Of a stretch of DNA of 64,000 bases, positions 35,262 to 45,951 are shown in pieces. The notes beneath the pieces are model-generated. The model worked only from the letters and a program-made list of their open reading frames with translations, was not told the origin of the DNA and did no database searches. A program made the position numbers and the translations under genes. Each line of letters starts with the position of its first letter. Positions within the stretch are counted from its first letter, which is position 1. The stretch is from a virus: the IMG/VR virus record IMGVR_UViG_3300029793_000467; one strand, given 5' to 3'.

Positions 35262-36476
35262 ATGACCCATCAGGAGGCGGTCTTATTGGAAAAACGAACG
35301 ATTTCCCTGATAATCGGCTCCGGAGGGCTTCTCACAACCATCAAAAAGGCCCTTACGAGAGCCGGAAACATGCGTTGGCAGGTGCCCGCCGCAGACAATA
35401 TTCAAGCACAGGCCGACTATCTGATAAGACATCCGGTGCCCTCCGGGTTCAAAGGAATCATCTTCACCGACAGGGCTGGAAACTGGCTTCCGATAGCCAA
35501 CGCCGGATACATGGTCTACTGGTGCAACACCGGTCAGATACCGGTCGGAGCCATGGGCATGAGCGAACAGATGTTACGCATGAGCGTGGCTGATTTCGCA
35601 CGGACTTATTGGGGAATCCAGCTTGCGGACAAGCGTCTCGTAGTCGATATCCTCCAAAACAAAGTGAAGGAGACTGCGGTTCTCCTACCCATCACATCCA
35701 ACACCGGAGGAGTGGGGAAGACCACGTCCAGCCGACAGTTGGCAGACCGTGCGTCGCAAGCCGGATTGCGTGTTCTACTCATCGACGGGAACATCAGACA
35801 GTCCAGCCAACGTAGTTTTTTCGACCCGAGACAGGACAAGCCATTGCATACGATAGCCGACTGGCGACCGGGCATGCAGGTGCAGGTCGGAGCCAATCGA
35901 GGACGTGACCTTGGGGTTCCATACGACATCTGTTTCGCACCTCCAGCAGGCGTCGGAGTGGACTGGCAGATATACCGTCAGTACATCCAAGCGGCACGCC
36001 GACTGTGGGATTTCGTCGTGCTCGACCTTGACCGAATCAGCGCGGACGATTTGGATGATAGGGAGAATATCGCCAACGGTTTACTGCTTCCATACATTCA
36101 ATCGGGAGACCCTTGTCTGGTTATCGTCAAGGCTGGAAGGCAGACGCAGATAGACGCGTTGAATCTGCTGACGGCCTTGGCTGAGCATCATCTTCCGAAG
36201 GAACTCATCGGCATCAAGGACACTGTTCCGGTCGGACTGCAAGGTTACAGACGGCTCGACTATACGAGATATGGGACGTTTCTCGGAACCGAATATCAGA
36301 CGGTCGAGGCAAGCAACCATATCGCCAACGGTGATGTCAGATGGGATGACCCCGGTCTTGCTTTTGCTAGGGAGAACATTCTTAACTGGGCTTTGCCCGA
36401 CCGTGGTTTCAATCCGGAAAGATTCAATCCGAACGCTAAGAACAGTGAAGGAAAGAAAGGTCGTGGGCGTAAGTGA
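35262..36476 (+). CDS. ParA/MinD/CpaE-like P-loop ATPase with N-terminal extension
   Basis: Deviant Walker A LLPITSNTGGVGKTTSS. 404 aa. Confidence 0.55.
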   Translation: MTHQEAVLLEKRTISLIIGSGGLLTTIKKALTRAGNMRWQVPAADNIQAQADYLIRHPVPSGFKGIIFTDRAGNWLPIANAGYMVYWCNTGQIPVGAMGMSEQMLRMSVADFARTYWGIQLADKRLVVDILQNKVKETAVLLPITSNTGGVGKTTSSRQLADRASQAGLRVLLIDGNIRQSSQRSFFDPRQDKPLHTIADWRPGMQVQVGANRGRDLGVPYDICFAPPAGVGVDWQIYRQYIQAARRLWDFVVLDLDRISADDLDDRENIANGLLLPYIQSGDPCLVIVKAGRQTQIDALNLLTALAEHHLPKELIGIKDTVPVGLQGYRRLDYTRYGTFLGTEYQTVEASNHIANGDVRWDDPGLAFARENILNWALPDRGFNPERFNPNAKNSEGKKGRGRK

Positions 36477-37669
36477 CATTCGATGACCGTTTTCTTTTCG
36501 ACCCGAACGACGAGAATCTTTGGAAGACCGGAAGCATTGCCGACTGGTATAAAGGCAACGACATGTTCGAGATGGAGCATCCCGGATTGTTCGCGCAGAC
36601 CCACCCGTGGTTCGTTGCGAACAAACTGTTCGCGGAGACAATGGTGAAAGCGAACAGCGAACTCGTTTCGAGTATCCTCGGAGCATTGTTCACTTGGAAG
36701 ACATGCACGGTTGACCAACTGCGTGCGGGACTTTCCATCAAAGGCGCTCCCGCTTTCGAGCGTGACGAACCGAACCTGTATGGTGCGATGAACCGTTTAG
36801 GAATCATCAACGTCGGTTTCAGTCAGGCGGAACGATTGTACGGTCAGACCGTGAATCATGTTTGGCTTTCACCGTCGAACAGTCCACGTCTTATCAACCG
36901 TGCGATGAAATTGTACGGGATGGAAAAGTGGATGCGTGAGACGATGGCGGTTTCCTATTACGCGGGGAATCGTTTCCATGTTCGGCATAACACTTATGCG
37001 GCGCACGCGGGATTGATGTTGGCACGCGATTCACGTGTGAAATTTTCATCCGGTGATGGTTGGGGGAAATTCCGTAGCGTTGACCCACAGGCTGTTGCCG
37101 AATCGAAAGTCGGCAAGGCTTGCGCTACCGATGTGGTGACGTTGTGCCGGAACAATGTGTTGGCGGGTATCGAAATCCAAACGTCGAACAGCGAATTGGA
37201 TAAGAAGATGCAGAACTGGGCGAAGATGCTCGCCTACTCTCCGATGAAACGTCGCGGACTCATCTGCGTATGGTTGCAGATACCGAAGGCGAACGAAGGT
37301 TACGAATCGTTCAATGCGGTGATACAACGCACGCAAGGCATGACGGAAATGGTCGTGGGCAATCCGACCGTATCGCAACGAATGGGAGTCGCGGTTTGGG
37401 ATGAATGGTTCGAGCATGGAATTCCAACCGACAGGTTCGGTGAATATACGGACATGAGTGGAACACGGCGCAACATTTTCTCCGACGAGTGGGTGCAATA
37501 CACTCCGCAAGTTCGTGACGTTCGCAAAGTCAGCGAATGGGGTTGGGACGTGACGCGGGACATCATCAAAAAGGATTGGGGTTGGGACGTTTCCGGTTGG
37601 ACGATGCCGGAAGCGTACCGTGGCGGTTTCTACGGTTTCATTGGAAAGGATTGCGATGGTCTCCACTGA
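36473..37669 (+). CDS. hypothetical protein (398 aa), possibly replication-relaxation-like
   Basis: Long ORF coupled to the ATPase. His-rich motif FHVRHNTYAAHAG. Family assignment is uncertain. Confidence 0.4.
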   Translation: MTFDDRFLFDPNDENLWKTGSIADWYKGNDMFEMEHPGLFAQTHPWFVANKLFAETMVKANSELVSSILGALFTWKTCTVDQLRAGLSIKGAPAFERDEPNLYGAMNRLGIINVGFSQAERLYGQTVNHVWLSPSNSPRLINRAMKLYGMEKWMRETMAVSYYAGNRFHVRHNTYAAHAGLMLARDSRVKFSSGDGWGKFRSVDPQAVAESKVGKACATDVVTLCRNNVLAGIEIQTSNSELDKKMQNWAKMLAYSPMKRRGLICVWLQIPKANEGYESFNAVIQRTQGMTEMVVGNPTVSQRMGVAVWDEWFEHGIPTDRFGEYTDMSGTRRNIFSDEWVQYTPQVRDVRKVSEWGWDVTRDIIKKDWGWDVSGWTMPEAYRGGFYGFIGKDCDGLH

Positions 37670-38096
37670 GGAATCATTCCAACAGACACAGGACGCGTTG
37701 GATGTAGCAAGATTGGAACGTGCGCGGGCTTTGCAACAGGTTCAGACATTATGTGAGACGGGACGTAGACATTTGGTCATTCCGTTTCTGATGGCGAACA
37801 TGCAACGTGTTCCCGCATTACGGAAGATACGACTCTGGCAGTTGGATTCGATAATGTTCAACACTTCCCGGCGGATTGCGAACAAAACAATCCGCGTCAT
37901 GCGTGAAACCATCAACGATGATTCGAGTGTGAACGATGGTTACGTGACATTGGGTTGGGCGTTGGAGTCGAAGGAGAAAACCGTCCGGATGACGACGTGG
38001 CTTCTCCAATTGTCGTTACGTGAGAGGCTTTCCACTTTCCAGAAGCCGGAAGGTTTCCCATACGCGCAGTTGTATCAGCAGAGCACGGATGATTAA
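37620..38096 (+). CDS. hypothetical protein
   Basis: ORF. The start may be at MVSTEES. Confidence 0.35.
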   Translation: MAVSTVSLERIAMVSTEESFQQTQDALDVARLERARALQQVQTLCETGRRHLVIPFLMANMQRVPALRKIRLWQLDSIMFNTSRRIANKTIRVMRETINDDSSVNDGYVTLGWALESKEKTVRMTTWLLQLSLRERLSTFQKPEGFPYAQLYQQSTDD

Positions 38097-38121
38097 ACAA
38101 AAAAGGAAAGGAAGGTAAAAC

Positions 38122-40782
38122 ATGGGTAATCCGAACTGGTATCAGATAACCAGAACGTTGCAACAGTTAGACCCGGACGAGCAACGTTCGAAAGTGGAGA
38201 GCATTCCCGCCGAACTGGATGGTTGCACCCTTCTCCTCATCAAGAAGGGCGAGGAGCCGGTCAAGGAATATATTTACGGCGACGGCGAGGGAATCGTCAA
38301 CGCCGGACAGTTGGCTGGTTTTGACGCGAGACTGGTCGAAGGTGATGAGGAACCGGTGTTGCCGGATGGCGTGAACAGTGCGGCGCATCCTCTCATCCCG
38401 TTCCGTGCCCGGTTGAACTCGAAAAGCAACATGGAGAAAATGCGGACGAACTATTCCGGCGTTCGTACAAGCATCGAGAAGGTCATGCCGCCGGACAGTT
38501 ATGTGAGCGTCACGCTTCGCAATCAGGGATACTTCGAGCAGATTCGTATTCGTAATTGGATTAGCGACGAATACAATGCGGTCGAGGATTCAAGCGAACT
38601 TGCTTCGACCAACACGATGTGCGCCCGTGTGAGTTTCGGTTGCCGTCAGGTTTCGCGTAACCGACAGCTTGCGCAGAAGATTGGTCAAATCATCTGCCCG
38701 CTCATATCCAACATGTCCAGTCATGCGAGCCGTCCGAAATTCGGTTTGCTGTTCGTCAGCATGCTGTTGGAAGTGTTGTCCGTGATTTGGAGTGTGTGCG
38801 GTCTTGCAAGAGGATACGTGATGGATGGCGTGTTCCCATTGTTCCATTCCGCTTGGGGTTTCGGAATCGCGCTTCCACTGCTTGCGGTGACGTTGGTCGT
38901 GTTCCTGTTCCTCATGCTGTTGTCGTGCATTCCGTTCGTTTACATTCCGCGACCTCAGATTGCTGGTGGAGCGGTGGCGCTCATGCTTTACCTGCTGTTG
39001 GGGTTGCTTCCGCTTCCGACGTTCATTCCGATTCTTTTCGTTCCGCTTCTTGTCTTCGCGTTCATCCGTTGGAAGAATTGGACGTTGTGGGATGATATTT
39101 TCCAAACGCCACGCAGATATTATGCGATTGCGAACGACCGTGGCGCGAACGAGTCCGATAATCAGACCCGTCTTGGCGTGCGCACTCATAAGGAGCGCGT
39201 GTCGGCTTATGGTGCGCAACGTACCACGTTGATTCTTTCCCCGATTATCGTAAGTTCCGTGTTCACTCCGGTCACTCAGGGAGTGGCGATGAAACAGGAG
39301 TTGCATCCGGTTCCGGAAGTATTGTCGCATGATGGCATCTTCCTTGGGAAGGATGATACGGGACGTAACTGTTATCTCGACCCGTCGCAATTGTTCGGCG
39401 GTATCGCCATCAACGGCGAGGCCGGTTCCGGTAAGACCGTGCTCACCCATGGCATCAGCCAGTGGGCCATCAGCGCACGCGAGACCACCAGTCCGAAAAT
39501 CTGGGGACGCGACTCCCGTATCATCCATTTTTGGATGAAGGATGATACCGGTGTTAACGTGTTGGAACGTTATCGCAAACGTCACGGTTTCACCAGTCCG
39601 CAACGCGTCGTCTATTTGGCAGACCCGAACAGTGTGTGCTTGGACATGCTTGGCATGAAGGACGGGAACAATGCGATGGAGACTGCGGCGAGCGTGGCGA
39701 AGACCATGCGTTACTCGTTCGATGACGGTGATATTCTGAACGACTCGCAGAACATCATCACCCAAGCGTTGACCATCGGCGTGGCGGTTGACCGTTACGT
39801 GCAGGAGGAGCGTAAGCATAATCCCGAATCCGCGAACAAGGATTGGGAAAGCGAGATTGTGAAACGTTGCCATCAGCTCGAACAATCGTATCCGGGTGCG
39901 GAACAGTTGCGAATGCAGTTGAGTCCAATCGGATGGGCCGTCGTCGCATTATGCGGTTCCGACGGTCAGGCCGGTTCCGCGAAAGCGTTGGGTCATGTGT
40001 GCCGCGCGTTGAGCATGGAATTGAAGAGTGGCTACATGTTCGAGGAGATGACGTATGCCGCCCGTGCCGCCGAGCAATTATATGGCCGTCCGGACGCGGC
40101 TGGTCATACGGTTCGTTCCGACCGTGACATTCTCGCCAAGACGAACGCCTCGTTGAACAAGGTGAACCAGTTCCTTCCCATCGAACACATGTTCACGGCA
40201 CGTCGCGGCAAGGTGACTTGGACGAACATTCTCGACCATGCTGGCGATTATCACATTGTGCTCGCACCGCATAATGGTTATTCGTTGCCGGAACGTATGG
40301 ATAAGATTCTCGGCGGCTGGCTCATGTACCGTTTCTGGAATACGGTGTTCGCGCATTGCAAGGATTGGGACAAGGCTGGCAAGTGGACGATGCTCGTATG
40401 CGACGAGTTGAGCCTGTTGGCTAACGGCAATGACGGTATCATGCCCGCGTTGCGTGAGCAGGGTCGTTCGTTCGGTCTTCTTCTCGTGTTCGCCACCCAG
40501 TATCCGACCCAGTTGTCCGACGCGATGTTGGATTCGTTCATCGGCTATTCGACGTTCATCACATACAATACGACGATTCCGCGTATTGCCGATATGACGG
40601 CGAAACGTTTGACGAACAATGATGGTGAGGATGGTTGGCGTTCGGGCGCGGTGATGAATCTTCCACGTTATGCGGCGGCTGTTCGCACTCGAACCCAAGA
40701 ACAGTTGCAACCGACGTTCCTTGTTCATGTGAACGATTTCGATAACGGTTATCGCAATGGTGACATGGATGATGATGACTAG
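38122..40782 (+). CDS. membrane-anchored P-loop NTPase, type IV secretion ATPase-like (VirD4/VirB4/FtsK superfamily)
   Basis: 886 aa. 4-5 TM helices at residues ~230-340, then Walker A GEAGSGKT and Walker B MLVCDELS. Confidence 0.55.
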   Translation: MGNPNWYQITRTLQQLDPDEQRSKVESIPAELDGCTLLLIKKGEEPVKEYIYGDGEGIVNAGQLAGFDARLVEGDEEPVLPDGVNSAAHPLIPFRARLNSKSNMEKMRTNYSGVRTSIEKVMPPDSYVSVTLRNQGYFEQIRIRNWISDEYNAVEDSSELASTNTMCARVSFGCRQVSRNRQLAQKIGQIICPLISNMSSHASRPKFGLLFVSMLLEVLSVIWSVCGLARGYVMDGVFPLFHSAWGFGIALPLLAVTLVVFLFLMLLSCIPFVYIPRPQIAGGAVALMLYLLLGLLPLPTFIPILFVPLLVFAFIRWKNWTLWDDIFQTPRRYYAIANDRGANESDNQTRLGVRTHKERVSAYGAQRTTLILSPIIVSSVFTPVTQGVAMKQELHPVPEVLSHDGIFLGKDDTGRNCYLDPSQLFGGIAINGEAGSGKTVLTHGISQWAISARETTSPKIWGRDSRIIHFWMKDDTGVNVLERYRKRHGFTSPQRVVYLADPNSVCLDMLGMKDGNNAMETAASVAKTMRYSFDDGDILNDSQNIITQALTIGVAVDRYVQEERKHNPESANKDWESEIVKRCHQLEQSYPGAEQLRMQLSPIGWAVVALCGSDGQAGSAKALGHVCRALSMELKSGYMFEEMTYAARAAEQLYGRPDAAGHTVRSDRDILAKTNASLNKVNQFLPIEHMFTARRGKVTWTNILDHAGDYHIVLAPHNGYSLPERMDKILGGWLMYRFWNTVFAHCKDWDKAGKWTMLVCDELSLLANGNDGIMPALREQGRSFGLLLVFATQYPTQLSDAMLDSFIGYSTFITYNTTIPRIADMTAKRLTNNDGEDGWRSGAVMNLPRYAAAVRTRTQEQLQPTFLVHVNDFDNGYRNGDMDDDD

Positions 40783-40812
40783 TTTTTAGCGTTCATCATA
40801 TCGCTTTTCAGA

Positions 40813-40851
40813 ATCCGTTCGGAACTTTCAACTTCCGGACGGATTTTTTTA
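40813..40851 (+). terminator. rho-independent terminator
   Basis: ATCCGTTCGGAA..TTCCGGACGGAT stem followed by T7. Confidence 0.65.
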
Positions 40852-40948
40852 ACCTAAAAACCTCGCTATGACTGGAAACAACCGCGTAGGTTGATAGGAT
40901 GAAAAATGCAGGAGAGTTCCGTTTGGAAAACGAAAGGGAACTCAAAAA

Positions 40949-41293
40949 ATGGGTGGAACCATTACCTTGGCTGGAAGCAGCCTTGAGAGCACCTATCATA
41001 AGATGTTCGACACCATTTTGAGCAGTAGCGCGGGAACCGTGTTGACCAACATCGGTCTTGCCGCCGCAGTGCTTCTCGCATTCGGCCTTATCGTCGGTGG
41101 CATTTGCAAGGCGTTGGGACGTCAGAACAAAGTCGTGCAGATGTTCTGCCCGACCATCGGTCGTGTTCTCGTCGTCCTCGCAGTCGGATTCATTCTCGCT
41201 GGCCCGACCGTCACCATTCCGGCAATTCTTAAGTTGATTGACTGGTTCGTTGACGCGTTTGGCAGCAGTGGAAAGACCTATCTGGGAATCTGA
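40949..41293 (+). CDS. small polytopic membrane protein (pilin/VirB2-like candidate)
   Basis: 114 aa with two long hydrophobic helices. Flanked by strong terminators. Confidence 0.4.
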   Translation: MGGTITLAGSSLESTYHKMFDTILSSSAGTVLTNIGLAAAVLLAFGLIVGGICKALGRQNKVVQMFCPTIGRVLVVLAVGFILAGPTVTIPAILKLIDWFVDAFGSSGKTYLGI

Positions 41294-41306
41294 CATCCGC
41301 AGAAGG

Positions 41307-41369
41307 AAAACCGGAGTGGATATGCGAAGAGGACCTTTCCGGTTCTGTTCCCACTCCGGTTTTCTTTTA
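41307..41369 (+). terminator. terminator/attenuator-like hairpin
   Basis: 13-bp stem AAAACCGGAGTGG/CCACTCCGGTTTT followed by CTTTT. Confidence 0.45.
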
Positions 41370-41398
41370 AGAACCTTACGTACGAAAAGAGTTGAATC

Positions 41399-41821
41399 AT
41401 GAGCGATGAGGAAGACGAAGGATACAAAGGTCCCTTGCATCCGAGGTTGACGATGGACGACATCACGGAAGTGTCCGGCCCGGAGGAAATCGAACGGAAG
41501 AACACGTTCCAGATAACCAAGAACACTGAGGCCCGTTCCAAAACCGTGTTCTCCGTTATCGTCGGCGCATTGGCGGGCTTGGCTCTTTGCCTCATATTCG
41601 CCCCGTTGCTCGGATACATGTTCAGCTCGTTCTTCGTACTGTTGGGCGGAATACTGGCTCCGTTCTTCGCAGTCGGCACCATTAGAGACCGCACCCAACA
41701 GACACGGTGGAAGAGAACCTTGCAGGATATGAAGAGCCGCAAGATTGAAGGGCAGGTCTTCTACCCGAATTCCACTCAGCCGGAAAACATTATCGACCTT
41801 CAAGAAATGGAAATCCGTTGA
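41399..41821 (+). CDS. membrane protein (140 aa, 2 TM)
   Basis: ORF with hydrophobic helices. Confidence 0.4.
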   Translation: MSDEEDEGYKGPLHPRLTMDDITEVSGPEEIERKNTFQITKNTEARSKTVFSVIVGALAGLALCLIFAPLLGYMFSSFFVLLGGILAPFFAVGTIRDRTQQTRWKRTLQDMKSRKIEGQVFYPNSTQPENIIDLQEMEIR

Positions 41822-44800
41822 ATACAAAATATCGAGACCCAGTGAAACGGGCGGGTAGAAGGAACCTGCTCGTCATTCTGATGTTGTGCGTGGTCATGAC
41901 ATTGTTCGTCTTGCCGTCCAGCGTGTTCGCCGCACAGGTCAACGATTCGACCACGACGATAACATGCGCCAACGGTGGAACTGACAGTGCTACATCAGAC
42001 ATCTCTAGTTGTCTTCCTTCCGGACGTTGGGGAAACTACGTTGGGGAAATCACTTCGCGTACGGAACCGTACAGTGGCAGCGATGTCGCCGGTTGGTTCT
42101 CGAACGTCAAGCAGACCATCAGCTCGCAGACCCATATCGTCCTTCCCAACATTCTGATGCAGTTGACTCAGGTCTGCTGGTCTTCCGCATTGTCCATCAG
42201 CCAGTTCGCCGCTTCGTTCGAGCCAATGAAACAGGCTGGTGCGAACATCGACTCCGCAGTGTCCACCATGGTGACAAGTCTGATGGACGGCGGCATCCCC
42301 GCCACCATCGCAGTGCTCGGCATCGTGGCTTGGGTTGGCGCGGCTGGATTCCAAATCGGCACCGTCAAAGAGGCGAGCAAACGAATCGTCATCATGGTTC
42401 TCTGCTTCGCTTCAATCACGATGCTTGGAGCTGGAGCGGCCAAGACCGGGAAGAACGCCACAGAACCGGCGACCGGAAGCCCATGGTGGGTCGTGCAGAC
42501 AATCAACAACACCATCAACAAGCTTTCGGTCAACCTCGACCTTGACGGTATGGCCGACAGTGATAAAAACATGATGTCCTACCATCATGCGGCGAACGGT
42601 GCGAAAACCAATTGTCAGGATTACCTGTACTTCATGCATCAGGCATATGACGAACAGGCGAAGTCCAACGGCAATCAGGATACAAGCAACGTCACCAAGG
42701 CCATCAACCGTATTTGGGAGGAGACCTCCCTTCGCTCGTTCGTGACCATGCAGTACGGAAACCCGCAGACCACCGGAACATCCTCGTTCCGTATCGCGGA
42801 AAACGCCCGGCAAGGTTACTGCCACGTGTTGGAGATGAAAGCCAACACGAACACGACCATCCAGAAGGATTTGACCAACAAGGCCATGGCGTTGCACATC
42901 AGCGACCAGCGAGCCAAATGGCTGTTCTCCGTGGACGGTTGGGTAGACCCGCGTAATCCTTACTTCACCGACAAGCCGTTGGAAAGGGAGAACGCGACAT
43001 ATCTCAGCCGTGCGGGCGTGTTCTGGGAAACCTGTGGCACGAAACGCAATCAGGAAATCTACGCGCGAGCCGGATGGGCGACACTCATCAACAATCTCGG
43101 TGACACAGGAACCAAGAACATCAAGAACGGCAGTACGAAAGTACGCGTCAAAATTGACGACTTGGACAATGTGAAACCGGCCAACGGTGGCAAAGGCGTG
43201 ATGGACGCGAAACAGAACGGCAGCGAAGACGAAACCATCCAACAGACCACTTCGGTCTGCCAGACGATTCTCAAACAGGGTTCCGTAATCTTCTCCCGTT
43301 CCACCGATATCAACAAGGAGGATGACGGAACATATAAAGACCAGCAGAACGACACCAACTGGGGCGACTCCGCCACGGTCGGATGGCGTTTCGACGTGCC
43401 GAACGTTTCCGGAACTTGGAGTGAGGCGAATCTTCGTGACGCTCAGGATGATTCCACGGTCACGGGCGGTGCGAAGAAAACCATCGACTACATGTATGGC
43501 AACAACAACGTCGATACGTTGGGTGCTTGCGGAACACTTATCGGAGGCATCGTCAATCTCGTGGTCTGGGGATTGTTGAGCCTTGTTCTAATACTGACGA
43601 AGCTCATGCTGATAATGATGGCGTTGTTCCTCGTGGTCACGTTCCTTGTCCAAGCGTTCCCGATTGGCGAGAAGCCGAAGACGGCGTTGAAGAACTGGGC
43701 GACGTACACCTGCCAGTTGAGTATGGTAGGAGCGTTGTACGGTGCGCTCGGCGCTCTCGCAACATTCATTTGTGGCCTGACGTTGAAGTTCACCTCTGCC
43801 AGCAGTGGTTCGTTCACCTACCAGTTGATTGCGGGATTGAGTCCGGTGTTGGCTCTCGCCGCAATCGGCATGTTCTGTTCGAAAGTGTTGAAGTGTGGTA
43901 ATCCGTTCAGCGTCAACGCTCTCATGGGAATGGCGGGTGGAACCGCAATGGCGTCCGGTCTTCGCAAGGGAATGCACATGATTGGACAGTACCGTATGAT
44001 TCGCGCCATGCGTGGCGGATTCCGTCGTGGCGGCAATGGTGTCGGACGTTTGTCCACGAACGGTACCGGCGCTGGCATGGCCCATAACGGAGCACGTCAA
44101 AGCGCGACCGTCCTGAGCAAGATGAGCCGCGCGCAACAGGATTCGTTGAGTCAGGGCGATAGGAATCTGATGAATCGTAACGCCAAGGAGTTCGAGGCGA
44201 TTCAGACGCGTGGACGCGGAAGCAAGAACTGGGCACGAATGGACAAGAGCACGGTGAGAGGAAGTCTTGCCGGTACGAAACTCCATTTTGAGGATTCCAC
44301 GGGCAAGTTCAAGGGACGGTTGAACGAAGCCGTTTCCAAGTTCCATGGAGAGGACAATACGGAGGCGTTCGCCCATAGTATCGCTCAACGTCACCCGGGC
44401 ATGTCCCTCAACGATGTGCAACGCAAAGCACAAAGGATGAACCATCTGAACAATGCCGGACGCAAACTTCAAGGCGCGGCAAGAGTCGCCGGAGCCGGAG
44501 CCGCAATGGCCGGTGCCGGTCTCGCTTTCGCCGCACGAGCCGCGAAGAGCGCTCCTTTGCGTAACGTAGCCGCACGCGGAGCGAAGGTCGCCGCGAAAGC
44601 CGCTGTCGCAGGAGCTTTGTTCTCCAATCCGATTACCGCACCGTTGGGATTGATTGCCGCAGGAAAGCTAGCTACCGACCGTAACCTCCATCATGGCCTA
44701 GCGGTGGGTGCGGGAGCTGCGATGGACAAAATCCGCGACATCAGGAACGCTGCTCCCGGCAGTATGAGGAAACGCGACCAGTGGCGTCGCGACGTGTTGG

Positions 44801-45849
44801 GCATGGCTAATGGTGACGCTCCGTTGTCGTCTCCGTTCTCCGGCACCGGTGACGGTGGTTCCGCCGATGGTGACAGTCCTATGCCTTCCCCGACGGCTCC
44901 GACTCCGAATGCCCCGACCCAACCCGGTGGTGTCGGTGGCGCGTCTCCGCTTCCGACTGACGGTCAGACCGAGACGATTCCGACTGACGGTCAGACGGAA
45001 ACGATTCCGGTGGACACTCCAACTGAATCGGTTCCAGCCGACGCTCAAGGACAGGCTCCGGTGTTGACTGAACAGTCCGCGTTCAATCAGGTTCGTGAGG
45101 GAATGATGGCCGACTTCGTGGATAACCAGCACATGTCTCAAGAGGATGCGGAACAGGCTTTCCAAGAAGCCGTGGCCTCCGGTGAAGTCGATGATTCTGT
45201 CCAAGCGTATATGAGCCAAAACAATCAATCTCCTATCGAGAATGTGACGGCTCAACCTGAGATGAATGCCAATCAGCCGGTGTACAACACTGAGACAGGT
45301 GAGATTGTTGGTGAGACCCTACCCTCCGGAACGATGGACGCCGCCGTGTCCTCCGCCTCCACTTGGCAGAAGGCAACCGACAATGCGACTCCGATGCCTG
45401 AATCGGTGAACAATTCACTGCAACAGGCGTACATGCGCGAGAATCCGGTACAGCAGTCTCCGGAGGAGCATTTGCGGATGGCGCAGGAGGAGTGGACTAG
45501 GACGACTGGTCTTCCGAGCGATATGATGCCTGCGAGTGCGGAACGTGCCATGAATCCGAATGGAATTCAGCCGAGTAGAAAATTCACGGTTGATTCCGGT
45601 CGGACGCAACAGCAGGGTTCGGTACAGGCGCAAGCTCCGCGACAGCAGTCTCAACCGCAGCCACAAGCTCAGGTGAGGCAGCAGCCGTCGGTTCGAATGC
45701 AACCGCCAACCACACCGTCACCGACCGTCAAACAGCCAGTGGACGCCAACCCGTCAAACCTGACAGGTTTCCCCTCCGTAGGCAATCTTCACATGAAGAA
45801 ACCGCCGACCGGAGGACAGCCGACACCCAAACCGCCGTTCATGAAGTGA
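41818..45849 (+). CDS. giant polytopic membrane protein (1343 aa) with Ala-rich and Pro/Gln-rich C-terminal tail; VirB6/TrbL-like candidate
   Basis: Signal/TM segment at the N-terminus, a cluster of TM helices at ~560-700, and PT/Q-rich low complexity at the C-terminus. Confidence 0.5.
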   Translation: MNTKYRDPVKRAGRRNLLVILMLCVVMTLFVLPSSVFAAQVNDSTTTITCANGGTDSATSDISSCLPSGRWGNYVGEITSRTEPYSGSDVAGWFSNVKQTISSQTHIVLPNILMQLTQVCWSSALSISQFAASFEPMKQAGANIDSAVSTMVTSLMDGGIPATIAVLGIVAWVGAAGFQIGTVKEASKRIVIMVLCFASITMLGAGAAKTGKNATEPATGSPWWVVQTINNTINKLSVNLDLDGMADSDKNMMSYHHAANGAKTNCQDYLYFMHQAYDEQAKSNGNQDTSNVTKAINRIWEETSLRSFVTMQYGNPQTTGTSSFRIAENARQGYCHVLEMKANTNTTIQKDLTNKAMALHISDQRAKWLFSVDGWVDPRNPYFTDKPLERENATYLSRAGVFWETCGTKRNQEIYARAGWATLINNLGDTGTKNIKNGSTKVRVKIDDLDNVKPANGGKGVMDAKQNGSEDETIQQTTSVCQTILKQGSVIFSRSTDINKEDDGTYKDQQNDTNWGDSATVGWRFDVPNVSGTWSEANLRDAQDDSTVTGGAKKTIDYMYGNNNVDTLGACGTLIGGIVNLVVWGLLSLVLILTKLMLIMMALFLVVTFLVQAFPIGEKPKTALKNWATYTCQLSMVGALYGALGALATFICGLTLKFTSASSGSFTYQLIAGLSPVLALAAIGMFCSKVLKCGNPFSVNALMGMAGGTAMASGLRKGMHMIGQYRMIRAMRGGFRRGGNGVGRLSTNGTGAGMAHNGARQSATVLSKMSRAQQDSLSQGDRNLMNRNAKEFEAIQTRGRGSKNWARMDKSTVRGSLAGTKLHFEDSTGKFKGRLNEAVSKFHGEDNTEAFAHSIAQRHPGMSLNDVQRKAQRMNHLNNAGRKLQGAARVAGAGAAMAGAGLAFAARAAKSAPLRNVAARGAKVAAKAAVAGALFSNPITAPLGLIAAGKLATDRNLHHGLAVGAGAAMDKIRDIRNAAPGSMRKRDQWRRDVLGMANGDAPLSSPFSGTGDGGSADGDSPMPSPTAPTPNAPTQPGGVGGASPLPTDGQTETIPTDGQTETIPVDTPTESVPADAQGQAPVLTEQSAFNQVREGMMADFVDNQHMSQEDAEQAFQEAVASGEVDDSVQAYMSQNNQSPIENVTAQPEMNANQPVYNTETGEIVGETLPSGTMDAAVSSASTWQKATDNATPMPESVNNSLQQAYMRENPVQQSPEEHLRMAQEEWTRTTGLPSDMMPASAERAMNPNGIQPSRKFTVDSGRTQQQGSVQAQAPRQQSQPQPQAQVRQQPSVRMQPPTTPSPTVKQPVDANPSNLTGFPSVGNLHMKKPPTGGQPTPKPPFMK

Positions 45850-45864
45850 CGTCGGTTTGACCAT

Positions 45865-45909
45865 CCGGCGTCGAATGTTTTGAGCATCTTCCACAGCATT
45901 CGACGCCGG
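45865..45909 (+). terminator. hairpin terminator
   Basis: Perfect 13-bp stem CCGGCGTCGAATG/CATTCGACGCCGG. Confidence 0.45.
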
Positions 45910-45951
45910 TTCCCCTTTCGAAAAAACTTCCAACGTCAAGGAGATTAGAAA

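Noticed and set aside
38590-39885. 431-aa minus-strand ORF
   Set aside because: Antisense to the well-supported ATPase gene, Arg/His-rich and low-complexity. A typical GC-rich shadow ORF.
43588-44472. 294-aa minus-strand ORF inside the giant membrane-protein gene
   Set aside because: Antisense shadow ORF with no RBS.
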